DNA from: a bacterium
GTDB lineage: Bacteria; Patescibacteriota; Microgenomatia; UBA1406; GWC2-37-13
DNA: 64,000 nucleotides
Direction: 5' to 3'
Assembly (NCBI GenBank): GCA_021789995.1
Contig: JAJYIQ010000003.1
Coordinates: 7,767 to 71,766, forward strand
In this document: piece after piece, positions 1-7,183 of the stretch
Position numbering within the stretch: position 1 is the first letter of the stretch
Layout of the letters: every line of letters begins with the position of its first letter
Program-made: the position numbers and the translations under genes
The notes under the pieces: model-generated
What the model was told of the DNA's origin: nothing
Seen by the model: the letters and a program-made list of their open reading frames with translations, nothing else
Databases searched by the model: none

Positions 1-216
1 GACAGGCTGACTATCGAACAATTCTTGAACTTATCAAAAAACGCCGGTAATATCGTCCAATCGGCAGACGCGGTAGGTAAAGACCAAATTGTCAGGGAAA
101 TATTCTTGAACCTAGAAGTTGATGAGGAAAAAGTGGCGTTGTATCGGCTCAAAGAGCCATTTGCCACACTGCTTAAACAGCGACAAATACTACCTAGTCG
201 GGACGGCGAGACTTGA
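1..216 (+). CDS. 3' end of an unidentified protein (open at the window edge)
   Basis: Frame 1 is open from nt 1 to the TGA at 214-216 (...IFLNLEVDEEKVALYRLKEPFATLLKQRQ...). No diagnostic motif. The last codons overlap the 3' end of tRNA-Pro on the other strand. A recombinase-like C-terminus is only a guess. Confidence 0.4.
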   Translation, partial: DRLTIEQFLNLSKNAGNIVQSADAVGKDQIVREIFLNLEVDEEKVALYRLKEPFATLLKQRQILPSRDGET

Positions 217-271
217 ACTCGCGACCTTACGCTCCCAAAGCGTACGTTCTAGCCATCTGAACTACGTCCCG
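198..271 (-). tRNA. tRNA-Pro (anticodon TGG)
   Basis: The reverse complement folds as CGGGACG-TA-GTTC-AGATGGCTA-GAAC-G-TACGC-TTTGGGA-GCGTA-AGGTC-GCGAG-TTCAAGT-CTCGC-CGTCCCG-A. The cloverleaf is canonical, with C1:G72 and A73 as in bacterial tRNA-Pro. No CCA is encoded. Confidence 0.9.
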
Positions 272-510
272 TATAAATGAATAATATTTTTAAGTAATTC
301 CCTTCCTTTTCCACTCTTCAAAAATTTTTCTCTTATTAATGCTGTCTTTTTAGAACTATATTCTTCTTTATAAACGAGTTTCCACGGACCTTTATTCTTA
401 GTGTATCCGCTTAAATTGTTGTTATGATACCACAATCGCTTATTTAAATCCGATGTTATTCCTTTATATAGCTTACCTTCTTTATTTGTTAAAACATAAA
501 CTATTTGCAT
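262..510 (-). CDS. GIY-YIG (URI-domain, COG2827-like) nuclease family protein, 82 aa
   Basis: Motifs seen: IVYVL...KLYKGIT (GIY/YIG), KRLWYHN (Arg), and REKFLKSGKGRELLKN (catalytic Glu region). The ORF has no stop of its own. It reads into tRNA-Pro nt 1-10 (TAC GGG ACG TAG) and ends at the tRNA U8-A9-G10. Confidence 0.85.
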   Translation of the reverse strand: MQIVYVLTNKEGKLYKGITSDLNKRLWYHNNNLSGYTKNKGPWKLVYKEEYSSKKTALIREKFLKSGKGRELLKNIIHLYGT

Positions 511-521
511 TATGCTTATTT

Positions 522-602
522 TGGTCGGGACGGCCCGCCTTAGGCGGGCGACCTTGCGGTCCCATCCGCCAAAGGCGGACTATCCATCTGAACTACGTCC
601 CG
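522..602 (-). other. tRNA-Pro-derived tRNA-like element (acceptor stem plus two GC hairpins, encoded CCA)
   Basis: Reverse complement: CGGGACG-TAGTTCAGATGGATAG-[TCCGCC TTT GGCGGA]-TGGGACCGCAAGGTC-[GCCCGCC TAA GGCGGGC]-CGTCCCG-A-CCA. The first 19 nt and the 3' acceptor strand are identical to tRNA-Pro at 198-271. There is no canonical D stem, anticodon loop or T loop. Confidence 0.55.
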
Positions 603-642
603 TGTTTTACTATTTTATCACACATTCGGGTACAATGATTGT

Positions 643-1182
643 ATGCGCCGGCTGCCAAGACTGACAAAAAAACGGGTCATTTCGGCCATCGCGGTAATCA
701 TAATCAGCATCATCGGGCAATTTCTTCTTCCATCGTCCAAATTACCCAATCCCTCGCCACCGGTTGCTCCTCCTTCAACATCACCAACATACGCCAAAGT
801 CATAAGAGTCATTGACGGCGATACCATTGAAATCGCCGGTGGTCAACGGGTACGCTATATCGGTATCAATACATCGGAACTGGCAACTGCCAAAAAGCCG
901 GATGAATGCTTTGCCCGGGCGGCTTCTGATAAAAACAAGGAGTTAGTCGAAGGCAAAACTATCCGCTTGGAAAAAGACATTTCCAACACCGATAAATATG
1001 GCCGCCTGCTACGCTATATTTATCTAAATGATTTGATGGTTAATGATTATCTGGTAAAAGAAGGTTATGCCAAAGCAACACCGATCCGACCCGATATCAA
1101 ATATGCCAAAATTTTTGCCGCCAGTCAGATAGAGGCAAAAAAGGCGGCGAAAGGTTTATGGCAACAATGCCAACAGTTGTGA
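643..1182 (+). CDS. membrane-anchored thermonuclease (staphylococcal nuclease/SNase family)
   Basis: N-terminal TM helix followed by VIRVIDGDTIEI...RVRYIGINTSE...DKYGRLLRYIY...NDYLVKEGYA, the typical SNase core. Confidence 0.8.
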   Translation: MRRLPRLTKKRVISAIAVIIISIIGQFLLPSSKLPNPSPPVAPPSTSPTYAKVIRVIDGDTIEIAGGQRVRYIGINTSELATAKKPDECFARAASDKNKELVEGKTIRLEKDISNTDKYGRLLRYIYLNDLMVNDYLVKEGYAKATPIRPDIKYAKIFAASQIEAKKAAKGLWQQCQQL

Positions 1183-1791
1183 CTTTTTGAAGGAAAAATG
1201 TTTTTTTTCACGCTTAATTAACTTTCTTCTTTCCAGGTCGTTTAAAATAGTGGTTACGATTTGCCGTGATACACCAAGCATTTGTGCTAATTGCTCATGG
1301 GTAAATTTGTCCGTTATCAACATTTCATCCGAAGTATTTTCGTTGGTACTTCCCAAATAAATCAGCAGTTTTATCAATTTTTGGAACACGTTATCAATTG
1401 CTATCGAAGCGCTCTTTCTGTTTAAAATCGACAACCGCTGAACAAGATATTTAATTATTTTTATCGCTAATTGAGGTTGTCGCTGTAAGAAAAAGAAGAA
1501 TGTATCGGATTTCATTGACAATACACAAGTATCCTCAACCGCTTCCATATACATATCCGGCCCAGAATCCAGTTGGAAATCGCCGAATATGTTGCCGGAT
1601 TTAAAATAATCAACAATATATTTTCCGCCTTCTTCATCCAGATGGTAGAATTCGACTCTTCCCTGTTTAACAATAAACAGCTTGTTTCCATCACCTGTCC
1701 GGTAAATAATTTCACCCTTATGATAATTTTTTTCTTCGGCATTATTATTTAACGCGGAAAAATCTTCGGTTTTTATGCGTATTTTATCCAT
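1156..1791 (-). CDS. Crp/Fnr family transcriptional regulator
   Basis: Has a cNMP-binding beta-roll (IYRTGDGNKLFIVKQGRVEFY...GNIFGDF) and a C-terminal HTH (HEQLAQMLGVSRQIVTTILNDLERRKLI). Confidence 0.85.
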   Translation of the reverse strand: MDKIRIKTEDFSALNNNAEEKNYHKGEIIYRTGDGNKLFIVKQGRVEFYHLDEEGGKYIVDYFKSGNIFGDFQLDSGPDMYMEAVEDTCVLSMKSDTFFFFLQRQPQLAIKIIKYLVQRLSILNRKSASIAIDNVFQKLIKLLIYLGSTNENTSDEMLITDKFTHEQLAQMLGVSRQIVTTILNDLERRKLIKREKKHFSFKKSQLLALLP

Positions 1792-1846
1792 TTTGTGCCA
1801 TTATAAACTGTTTGCGTTAAAAACAGGTTAAAAATTTGCTAATATA

Positions 1847-1884
1847 ATATATAGATCTCATCGTATAGAATTCTATCTATATAT
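1847..1884. promoter_or_regulatory. 10-bp inverted repeat ATATATAGAT-N18-ATCTATATAT just upstream of the polyprenyl synthase start
   Basis: The arms at 1847-1856 and 1875-1884 are perfect reverse complements. The repeat lies in the Crp / polyprenyl synthase divergent intergenic region and ends 6 nt before the ATG at 1891. It shares the half-site ATCTATA/TATAGAT with the palindrome at 9529-9544. Confidence 0.35.
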
Positions 1885-1890
1885 TGTGTA

Positions 1891-2787
1891 ATGTTTATAT
1901 CATACCTCAAAAATAAAAAGAGTCAAGTGGATGACGAATTGCTAAAAATCCTTGAAAACCAAAAACCATTCCTGGGCACCGCTTCTTCCTGGGGACCGGA
2001 AGCAATAGATAAGCTGGAACGGTTTGCCGTTGCCGGCAAAACTATCCGCGGCAGCCTCGTTTTTTTGGGGGCGGAAATGTTTGGCTATAGGGATAACAGA
2101 GTTTTACTGCCCCTCGCCTGCGCCATGGAGCTTATCCATTCGGCCTTCCTCGTCCACGACGATATTATGGACAATGATTTAACCAGACGCGGCGGTCCAG
2201 CAATCTATGCCAGCTACTTGCCGTCCGGGCCGGTTGATTTTGCCAAATCAATGGGCATCTGTGTTGGTGATTTGAGCTTGTTTTTAGGCATCCATTGCAT
2301 TGGACTTATCAAAACCGATGCCCGCTTGCAGGCGGCAATCATCCGAAAATTAACGTCAGAAATTAGCAAAGTGGGGGTTGCCCAGATGGCCGATGTTTAT
2401 TTCAGTACAAACAAACATGAACCGACATTGGCTGAGATTAATAAATTATATTTATATAAAACCGCCCGCTACACTGTTTCCCTACCGCTTACCCTCGGTG
2501 TCATCGCTGCCGGTAAACCACCGAAGATCATTCACCAAGTGGAAAAATTAGGTGAAAGTATCGGAATGATCTTTCAAATAAGAGATGATGAATTCGACTT
2601 AAAGGCTGATATCCGGGAAAATAAAAAAACCCTGATTCGGAAGTTAAATAATCCGTCTTTAGTGAAGAAAAAAATTAATCGGTTGGCATCCCAAGTAAGA
2701 ACCATCATCGCTTCACTTCCGGTGAGCAGTGAGTATAAAAAATTACTTCTCGATATGCTCTATTTTATGGAAAGGAGAGAAAAATGA
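1891..2787 (+). CDS. polyprenyl (geranylgeranyl/farnesyl) diphosphate synthase
   Basis: First Asp-rich motif FLVHDDIMDND and second motif FQIRDDEFD, the trans-isoprenyl diphosphate synthase signature. Confidence 0.85.
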   Translation: MFISYLKNKKSQVDDELLKILENQKPFLGTASSWGPEAIDKLERFAVAGKTIRGSLVFLGAEMFGYRDNRVLLPLACAMELIHSAFLVHDDIMDNDLTRRGGPAIYASYLPSGPVDFAKSMGICVGDLSLFLGIHCIGLIKTDARLQAAIIRKLTSEISKVGVAQMADVYFSTNKHEPTLAEINKLYLYKTARYTVSLPLTLGVIAAGKPPKIIHQVEKLGESIGMIFQIRDDEFDLKADIRENKKTLIRKLNNPSLVKKKINRLASQVRTIIASLPVSSEYKKLLLDMLYFMERREK

Positions 2788-3401
2788 AATTTTATCTGTG
2801 GATAGGCCTATTATTTCTGTTGTCTTTTTTTTGCTTTACTTTCATCGTAAAAACGGGGTTATTAGCCGGTTTTGACTACAATGCGACCGTCAAAATCCAA
2901 AATCACGTCCCAAAAAATTTGGATGCCGTTTTATCATTCTTCAGCCTGTTAGGCAGCGTGGAAGTCCTGTCAGTCGCATTGTTCATTGTTCTCCTTTTCC
3001 ACCGGAAACTGCTTGCCTTTACTTCGCTGTTTATTTTTTTCCTGGCTCACCTGATTGAAATTATCGGAAAATCTTTCCTTTATCACCCAGGGCCGCCATT
3101 CCAATTTTTCCGCTATGACCTACCGTTTCTTTTCCCCAGCTCCTATGTCCAGCCCGGTTCGTCATACCCCTCAGGCCACAGCTTAAGGATTATTTTTGTA
3201 GCTATCGTTTTCACCTTTATTGTGCAAAAAAATAAAAAGCTTCGGCCGATGACTAAAACATTACTTCAGTTTTTGATCGTTGCCTTTACGGCAGCCATGC
3301 TGGTCACCCGCATCAGTTTGGGCGAGCACTGGTCAACCGACGTCATCGGCGGTTTGCTTCTCGGAATCAGTTTTGGCTTATTCTCCCTGATGTTTCTTTA
3401 A
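2784..3401 (+). CDS. PAP2-family phosphatase (undecaprenyl-diphosphatase-like), polytopic membrane protein
   Basis: PAP2 motifs YPSGHS and SLGEHWSTDVIGG, multiple TM helices, and a 4-bp overlap with the upstream synthase gene. Confidence 0.75.
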   Translation: MKFYLWIGLLFLLSFFCFTFIVKTGLLAGFDYNATVKIQNHVPKNLDAVLSFFSLLGSVEVLSVALFIVLLFHRKLLAFTSLFIFFLAHLIEIIGKSFLYHPGPPFQFFRYDLPFLFPSSYVQPGSSYPSGHSLRIIFVAIVFTFIVQKNKKLRPMTKTLLQFLIVAFTAAMLVTRISLGEHWSTDVIGGLLLGISFGLFSLMFL

Positions 3402-3580
3402 ACGGATTTCAATTTATCGATTAAAGCAGTCAGTTTATTAATTTGCTCATCCATTTTTTGCAGATATACCTGGGTTCGTTTTTCATTCTTATACCTATCC
3501 TTAAGCAGGTAAACATAAACTTTCAGACTGGTAAGAGGAGTTTTCAGATCATGGATAACAGTGTCATTCATAGCTGACAT
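3398..3580 (-). pseudogene. histidine-kinase remnant: HisKA (DHp) domain only, 60 aa
   Basis: H-box HDLKTPLTSL followed by a coiled helix. No sensor/TM region and no HATPase_c domain. About 380 bp with no long ORF separates it from the OmpR-type regulator upstream. Confidence 0.5.
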
Positions 3581-3960
3581 TATACTGGAAACAACTACCC
3601 GTCGCCCCTTTTAAAAACAGATTAGATCTAATTTATCAAAAAACAATTAACTATCGGTAATACTTTCGTAAGAAAATGCCGAATGCCTTACTCAACCTTT
3701 ACCTGACTATTATTAGGATTTCACACTGTTATTTTATTCTTTTTTCATGAAAAGATTTTTCAAAAAAAATAGGGAGCAAATTGAATTTGTACGCGAACAA
3801 TTTATCAAATTACGGGCCAAGAAATTATCAGTTCCCGTCAGTTTAATCAAATTATGAAAAGACAAAAACTACTGCGGCAGTTGAAAAGATCCTTATTAGG
3901 ACAATTTTATATTCTGCTGACCGCACCGATCAAATAACCATTCGAATATAAGGCGTAAGT

Positions 3961-4635
3961 CTATTCTTTTATCATGTAGCCGAAACCACGGATCGAACGA
4001 AGAAGTTTTTTATTGAAGCCGGCGTCAATCTTTTTCCGCAGGTATCCCATATAGACATCAACAACGCGGGTTTCAATATCATAAGAATAAATCCATATCC
4101 GGTTCAGGATCATGTCCCTGGTCAGCACTTTTCCCTGATTGCTCATCAGGTAATGCAGTAATTTGAATTCTTGGGGTGTCAATTTAATTTTCTTACCTTT
4201 GCGCACGACTTCGACAGTTTTAGTATCCATTTCCAGATCGCCGACTTTCAGTTTGGAATCGTCGGTCGTATTATGGGCGCGTAGATGCGCTTTTACCCGG
4301 GCTAAAAGTTCCACCATTTCAAACGGTTTCGGGATATAATCGTCTGCACCCAAGTTCAACCCTTTAACAATATCATCGGTTGTCCCCTTGGCTGTCAGAA
4401 TAATTATGGGTATGTCGGGATACATTTTTTTAATTTCGGCACAGACGGTTTCTCCACCCATCGTCGGCAGACCCAAGTCGAGAATCACCAGATCGGGCGG
4501 CGATTTTTTAATTAGACGTAAAGCGACTGCACCGTCGTTAACCCCTTTCGCCGAATAACCGCTGTCAAGCAATTTATCTTTTACAAAATCGCGCAGGTCG
4601 GTATTATCCTCAACAACAATTATTGAATTTGACAT
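3961..4635 (-). CDS. OmpR/PhoB-family response regulator
   Basis: Receiver domain (VVEDN...DLVILDLGLP...LTAKG...DDYIPKPF) plus a winged-helix Trans_reg_C domain (LTPQEFKLLHYL...VDVYMGYLRKKI...RGFGY). Confidence 0.9.
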   Translation of the reverse strand: MSNSIIVVEDNTDLRDFVKDKLLDSGYSAKGVNDGAVALRLIKKSPPDLVILDLGLPTMGGETVCAEIKKMYPDIPIIILTAKGTTDDIVKGLNLGADDYIPKPFEMVELLARVKAHLRAHNTTDDSKLKVGDLEMDTKTVEVVRKGKKIKLTPQEFKLLHYLMSNQGKVLTRDMILNRIWIYSYDIETRVVDVYMGYLRKKIDAGFNKKLLRSIRGFGYMIKE

Positions 4636-4678
4636 GATTGAAATTTAACTGACAATCGAAAGTATATTGTTAAGATTC

Positions 4679-4725
4679 TGTAAGAGAAATGTAAGAATTG
4701 ATCATTTCCCTTACCGATATCTTAC
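4679..4725. promoter_or_regulatory. candidate response-regulator binding site: TGTAAGA direct repeat at 11-bp spacing plus an inverted copy
   Basis: TGTAAGA occurs at 4679-4685 and 4690-4696, and an inverted GTAAGAT at 4719-4725. The site lies 45-90 bp upstream of the regulator start at 4635. An 11-bp phased direct repeat is the classic OmpR/PhoB site geometry. Confidence 0.35.
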
Positions 4726-4861
4726 TTCCTTCTTGTGGTATTTTCAATAAGGGAGATGATAATGATTTATAGAAAGGAGGGACCGATTATGTGAAATACT
4801 TGACAAATAGGTAATGACAGCGGGCAATAATGGACAGTTTTCTAATCAAAAAATATGAAAC

Positions 4862-4896
4862 AGATAGCCGCCACAGACGGCTATCTTGTTTTTTTT
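4862..4896 (+). terminator. rho-independent terminator-like hairpin with no annotated gene upstream
   Basis: AGATAGCCG-CCACAGA-CGGCTATCT followed by TGTTTTTTTT. Only very short ORFs precede it (ATG-TGA after an AGGAGG, and a 22-codon ORF). Confidence 0.5.
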
Positions 4897-4959
4897 AAAC
4901 ACCAGACTTGACAAATTCATTCTGCTATATTAAACTTACATATAGATGAGGAATTATTT

Positions 4960-5313
4960 ATGAGAAAATACTGCGCCCAGGTTATTTTGGAAAATTTTTT
5001 TGAGCCGTGTATTCTATATCTTTTATTAAAAAAACCCAATTACGGATACGAACTGAGTAAGAATCTAAAAGACCGTTGTGAATGTGATGTTAATATCGGT
5101 AATCTATATCGGGGATTAAACCGTTTGGTAAAAGAAGGTTATATTACCAAGAAAAAAAAGAAAAGTAATATCGGCCCGACAAAAATCGTTTATACGATAA
5201 CCGAATCAGGCAAAAACTATTTACGCACCTGGATTGAGAGCTTAAAAAAACAAAAAGATACTATCAATAAGTTAATTACCAATTATCATCATTATTATGA
5301 AACAAGTCACTAA
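4960..5313 (+). CDS. PadR-family transcriptional regulator
   Basis: ILYLLLKKPNYGYELSKNL...GNLYRGLNRLVKEGYI, the winged-helix PadR signature. A GAGGA RBS lies upstream. Confidence 0.8.
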   Translation: MRKYCAQVILENFFEPCILYLLLKKPNYGYELSKNLKDRCECDVNIGNLYRGLNRLVKEGYITKKKKKSNIGPTKIVYTITESGKNYLRTWIESLKKQKDTINKLITNYHHYYETSH

Positions 5314-5875
5314 GACTAATTTTAAGGAGGAAGTTGTCAATTTCCAGGGCGTCATTGTCGCCGATTTTTATGCCGACTGGTGCGGGCCGTGCAAAATGCT
5401 TTCCCCCATGATCGAAGATATGGACAAGGAAAACAAGGATAAACACGTGAAATTCATCAAAGTCAACGTCGATGAAGAACAAGCATTGGCCGAACTTTTT
5501 AGCGTTATGAGCATTCCGACAGTTATTTTTTTCAAAGACGGGAAAATGGTCAACCAACGGGTCGGCGTTACGTCAAAAGAAGATTACCGAAGCTTGATTG
5601 ACCAGGCAAAATCCGAACCGGCAGACAAAGCCAAAGACGGTAAAAAGGAAGTGATTATTTTTACGACACCCACTTGCCCTTATTGCCACATGACTAAAGA
5701 CTATTTGAAACAAAAAAACGTTACTTATAAGGAAATCGATGTCTCCCGCGACCAGGCCTGGGCGATCAAAATGGTCCAGAAATCCGGCCAGATGGGTGTA
5801 CCACAACTATGGATCGGTGATCAGACGGTCATTGGTTTCAACCGGCCGCAGATTGATATGTTATTAAATCTTTAA
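5297..5875 (+). CDS. thioredoxin / glutaredoxin-like (NrdH/YruB-type) fusion protein
   Basis: The N-terminal half has WCGPC (thioredoxin). The C-terminal half has TCPYC...GVPQLWIGDQTVIGFN (glutaredoxin-like). Confidence 0.8.
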   Translation: MKQVTKTNFKEEVVNFQGVIVADFYADWCGPCKMLSPMIEDMDKENKDKHVKFIKVNVDEEQALAELFSVMSIPTVIFFKDGKMVNQRVGVTSKEDYRSLIDQAKSEPADKAKDGKKEVIIFTTPTCPYCHMTKDYLKQKNVTYKEIDVSRDQAWAIKMVQKSGQMGVPQLWIGDQTVIGFNRPQIDMLLNL

Positions 5876-5876
5876 T

Positions 5877-6173
5877 ATGCAAACTTTGCAGCCTATCGGA
5901 GACAAAATTTTAGTCGAACCGGTAAAAAACGAAAATTACACCAAATCCGGTATTTATCTCCCGGAGACGGCCAACAATAAAACCACTAAGATTGCCAAAG
6001 TGGTTTCCCTCGGCGATGACAAATTGCTTACCGGCAAAGTCGCCCCCCGCGATACCGTCATAATCAATTCCTTTTCCGGACAGGAAGTGATCTTGGATAA
6101 TAAACAGTATCTGGTGATTGTCTTAAATGATATATTGGGAAAATTGGTTGATACCCAGTCCCTGAAAAAATGA
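5877..6173 (+). CDS. groES: co-chaperonin GroES
   Basis: LQPIGDKILVEP...KSGIYLPE...AKVVSLGDD, the Cpn10 pattern. No groEL follows it in this window. Confidence 0.85.
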   Translation: MQTLQPIGDKILVEPVKNENYTKSGIYLPETANNKTTKIAKVVSLGDDKLLTGKVAPRDTVIINSFSGQEVILDNKQYLVIVLNDILGKLVDTQSLKK

Positions 6174-6601
6174 TTAAAAGCCATTATTGCCGGGGAGTTT
6201 TTATTGTTTCTTTTGCCGTTGGTTATTTACTTATCCCCAGAGTTTTGTTTTCCCGCTATACTCTATTAGTTTTGATATTCATAACTTTATTTGCTCTCAA
6301 CATTACCTGCATCATTTATCATATAAAAGAACGGGTGAAGACAGCCAGATTCTATAAAAGATCTATTTGGGGAATTATTGCTTCAGCGGTCGGCCTATCG
6401 GTTTTACAGGTCTGCGGCATCGGCTCCCCAATGTGCGGTGCCTCAATTAGCATGGGCATCTTCTCCACCTTTTTTCCCCATATTATTTTGCCTTTTGTCC
6501 AGCAATACGGTCCGTATCTGATAATTTTGTCGATTGTCCTACAAATTGCCTCGCTTTACTCAATGAAGTGCTTTTTCCCGCCGCATCGACTGCAACACTA
6601 A
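6170..6601 (+). CDS. hypothetical polytopic membrane protein
   Basis: Four predicted hydrophobic helices and a 4-bp overlap with groES. No motif recognised. Confidence 0.5.
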   Translation: MIKSHYCRGVFIVSFAVGYLLIPRVLFSRYTLLVLIFITLFALNITCIIYHIKERVKTARFYKRSIWGIIASAVGLSVLQVCGIGSPMCGASISMGIFSTFFPHIILPFVQQYGPYLIILSIVLQIASLYSMKCFFPPHRLQH

Positions 6602-7183
6602 GTCGGCTTCCCGGAGTGCCGCGTCTTTGTGGCTCCCTAAATAGCTTGGGGCATTGATTAAACCGATTAAATAAGCAGCTTCGTCAAGGGAAACGACCAT
6701 CGCCGGCCGCTGGAAATAAAATTCGCTTGCCTTTTCGATTCCATAGGTATTATTGCCGTAATAGATCGAGTTGAGATATAGTTCGAGAATGGTATTTTTG
6801 GGATATTCGGCGGTTGCCGTTACCGCCAGTATTTTTGTCAATATATCCGTTCTCAAATCATCAATATCGCTGAAATAAACGTTTTTGATCAATTGTTCGG
6901 TAATCGTACTCGCCCCCTGTCTTTTACCGGTAGTAAGCGTATAGTAAATAGCTCTTGCCGTTCCCCGCAGGTCAATGCCGGAATTGGTGGAAAAACGCTC
7001 GTCTTGGGAAGCGATGGCCGCCTCCCGAATGTTACGGTTGATTCCCGATAAAGACACATACGTGCCACCTTTTTGCTGTAGTGCTAATTTGGCTTTTTGG
7101 GGCATATCAGCCAGAAAACGGACGGAACAATAACCGGTGGCAAAAACGGCAACGATAAAAAATATAATTATTATTTTTTTCAT
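6560..7183 (-). CDS. monofunctional peptidoglycan glycosyltransferase (GT51)
   Basis: Start moved to MKKIIIIFFIVAV (ATG at 7183, an ATGA overlap with the ATPase stop). GT51 motifs SQDERFSTNSGID and RQGASTITEQL are present. The longer 301-aa version in the track overlaps the ATPase gene. Confidence 0.8.
   Translation of the reverse strand: MKKIIIIFFIVAVFATGYCSVRFLADMPQKAKLALQQKGGTYVSLSGINRNIREAAIASQDERFSTNSGIDLRGTARAIYYTLTTGKRQGASTITEQLIKNVYFSDIDDLRTDILTKILAVTATAEYPKNTILELYLNSIYYGNNTYGIEKASEFYFQRPAMVVSLDEAAYLIGLINAPSYLGSHKDAALREADLVLQSMRREKALH

Noticed and set aside
522-602. Reading the tRNA-like element as a functional tRNA (for example anticodon TTT in a GTCCG/CGGAT stem)
   Set aside because: There is no D stem. 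Position 33 would be C, and the T loop would be CCTAAGG rather than TTCRANY. The arms are better explained as perfect GC hairpins. It is kept only as a tRNA mimic.
5877-6173. groES without an adjacent groEL as evidence of chaperonin loss
   Set aside because: groEL may simply lie elsewhere in the genome. This cannot be judged from a 64-kb window.
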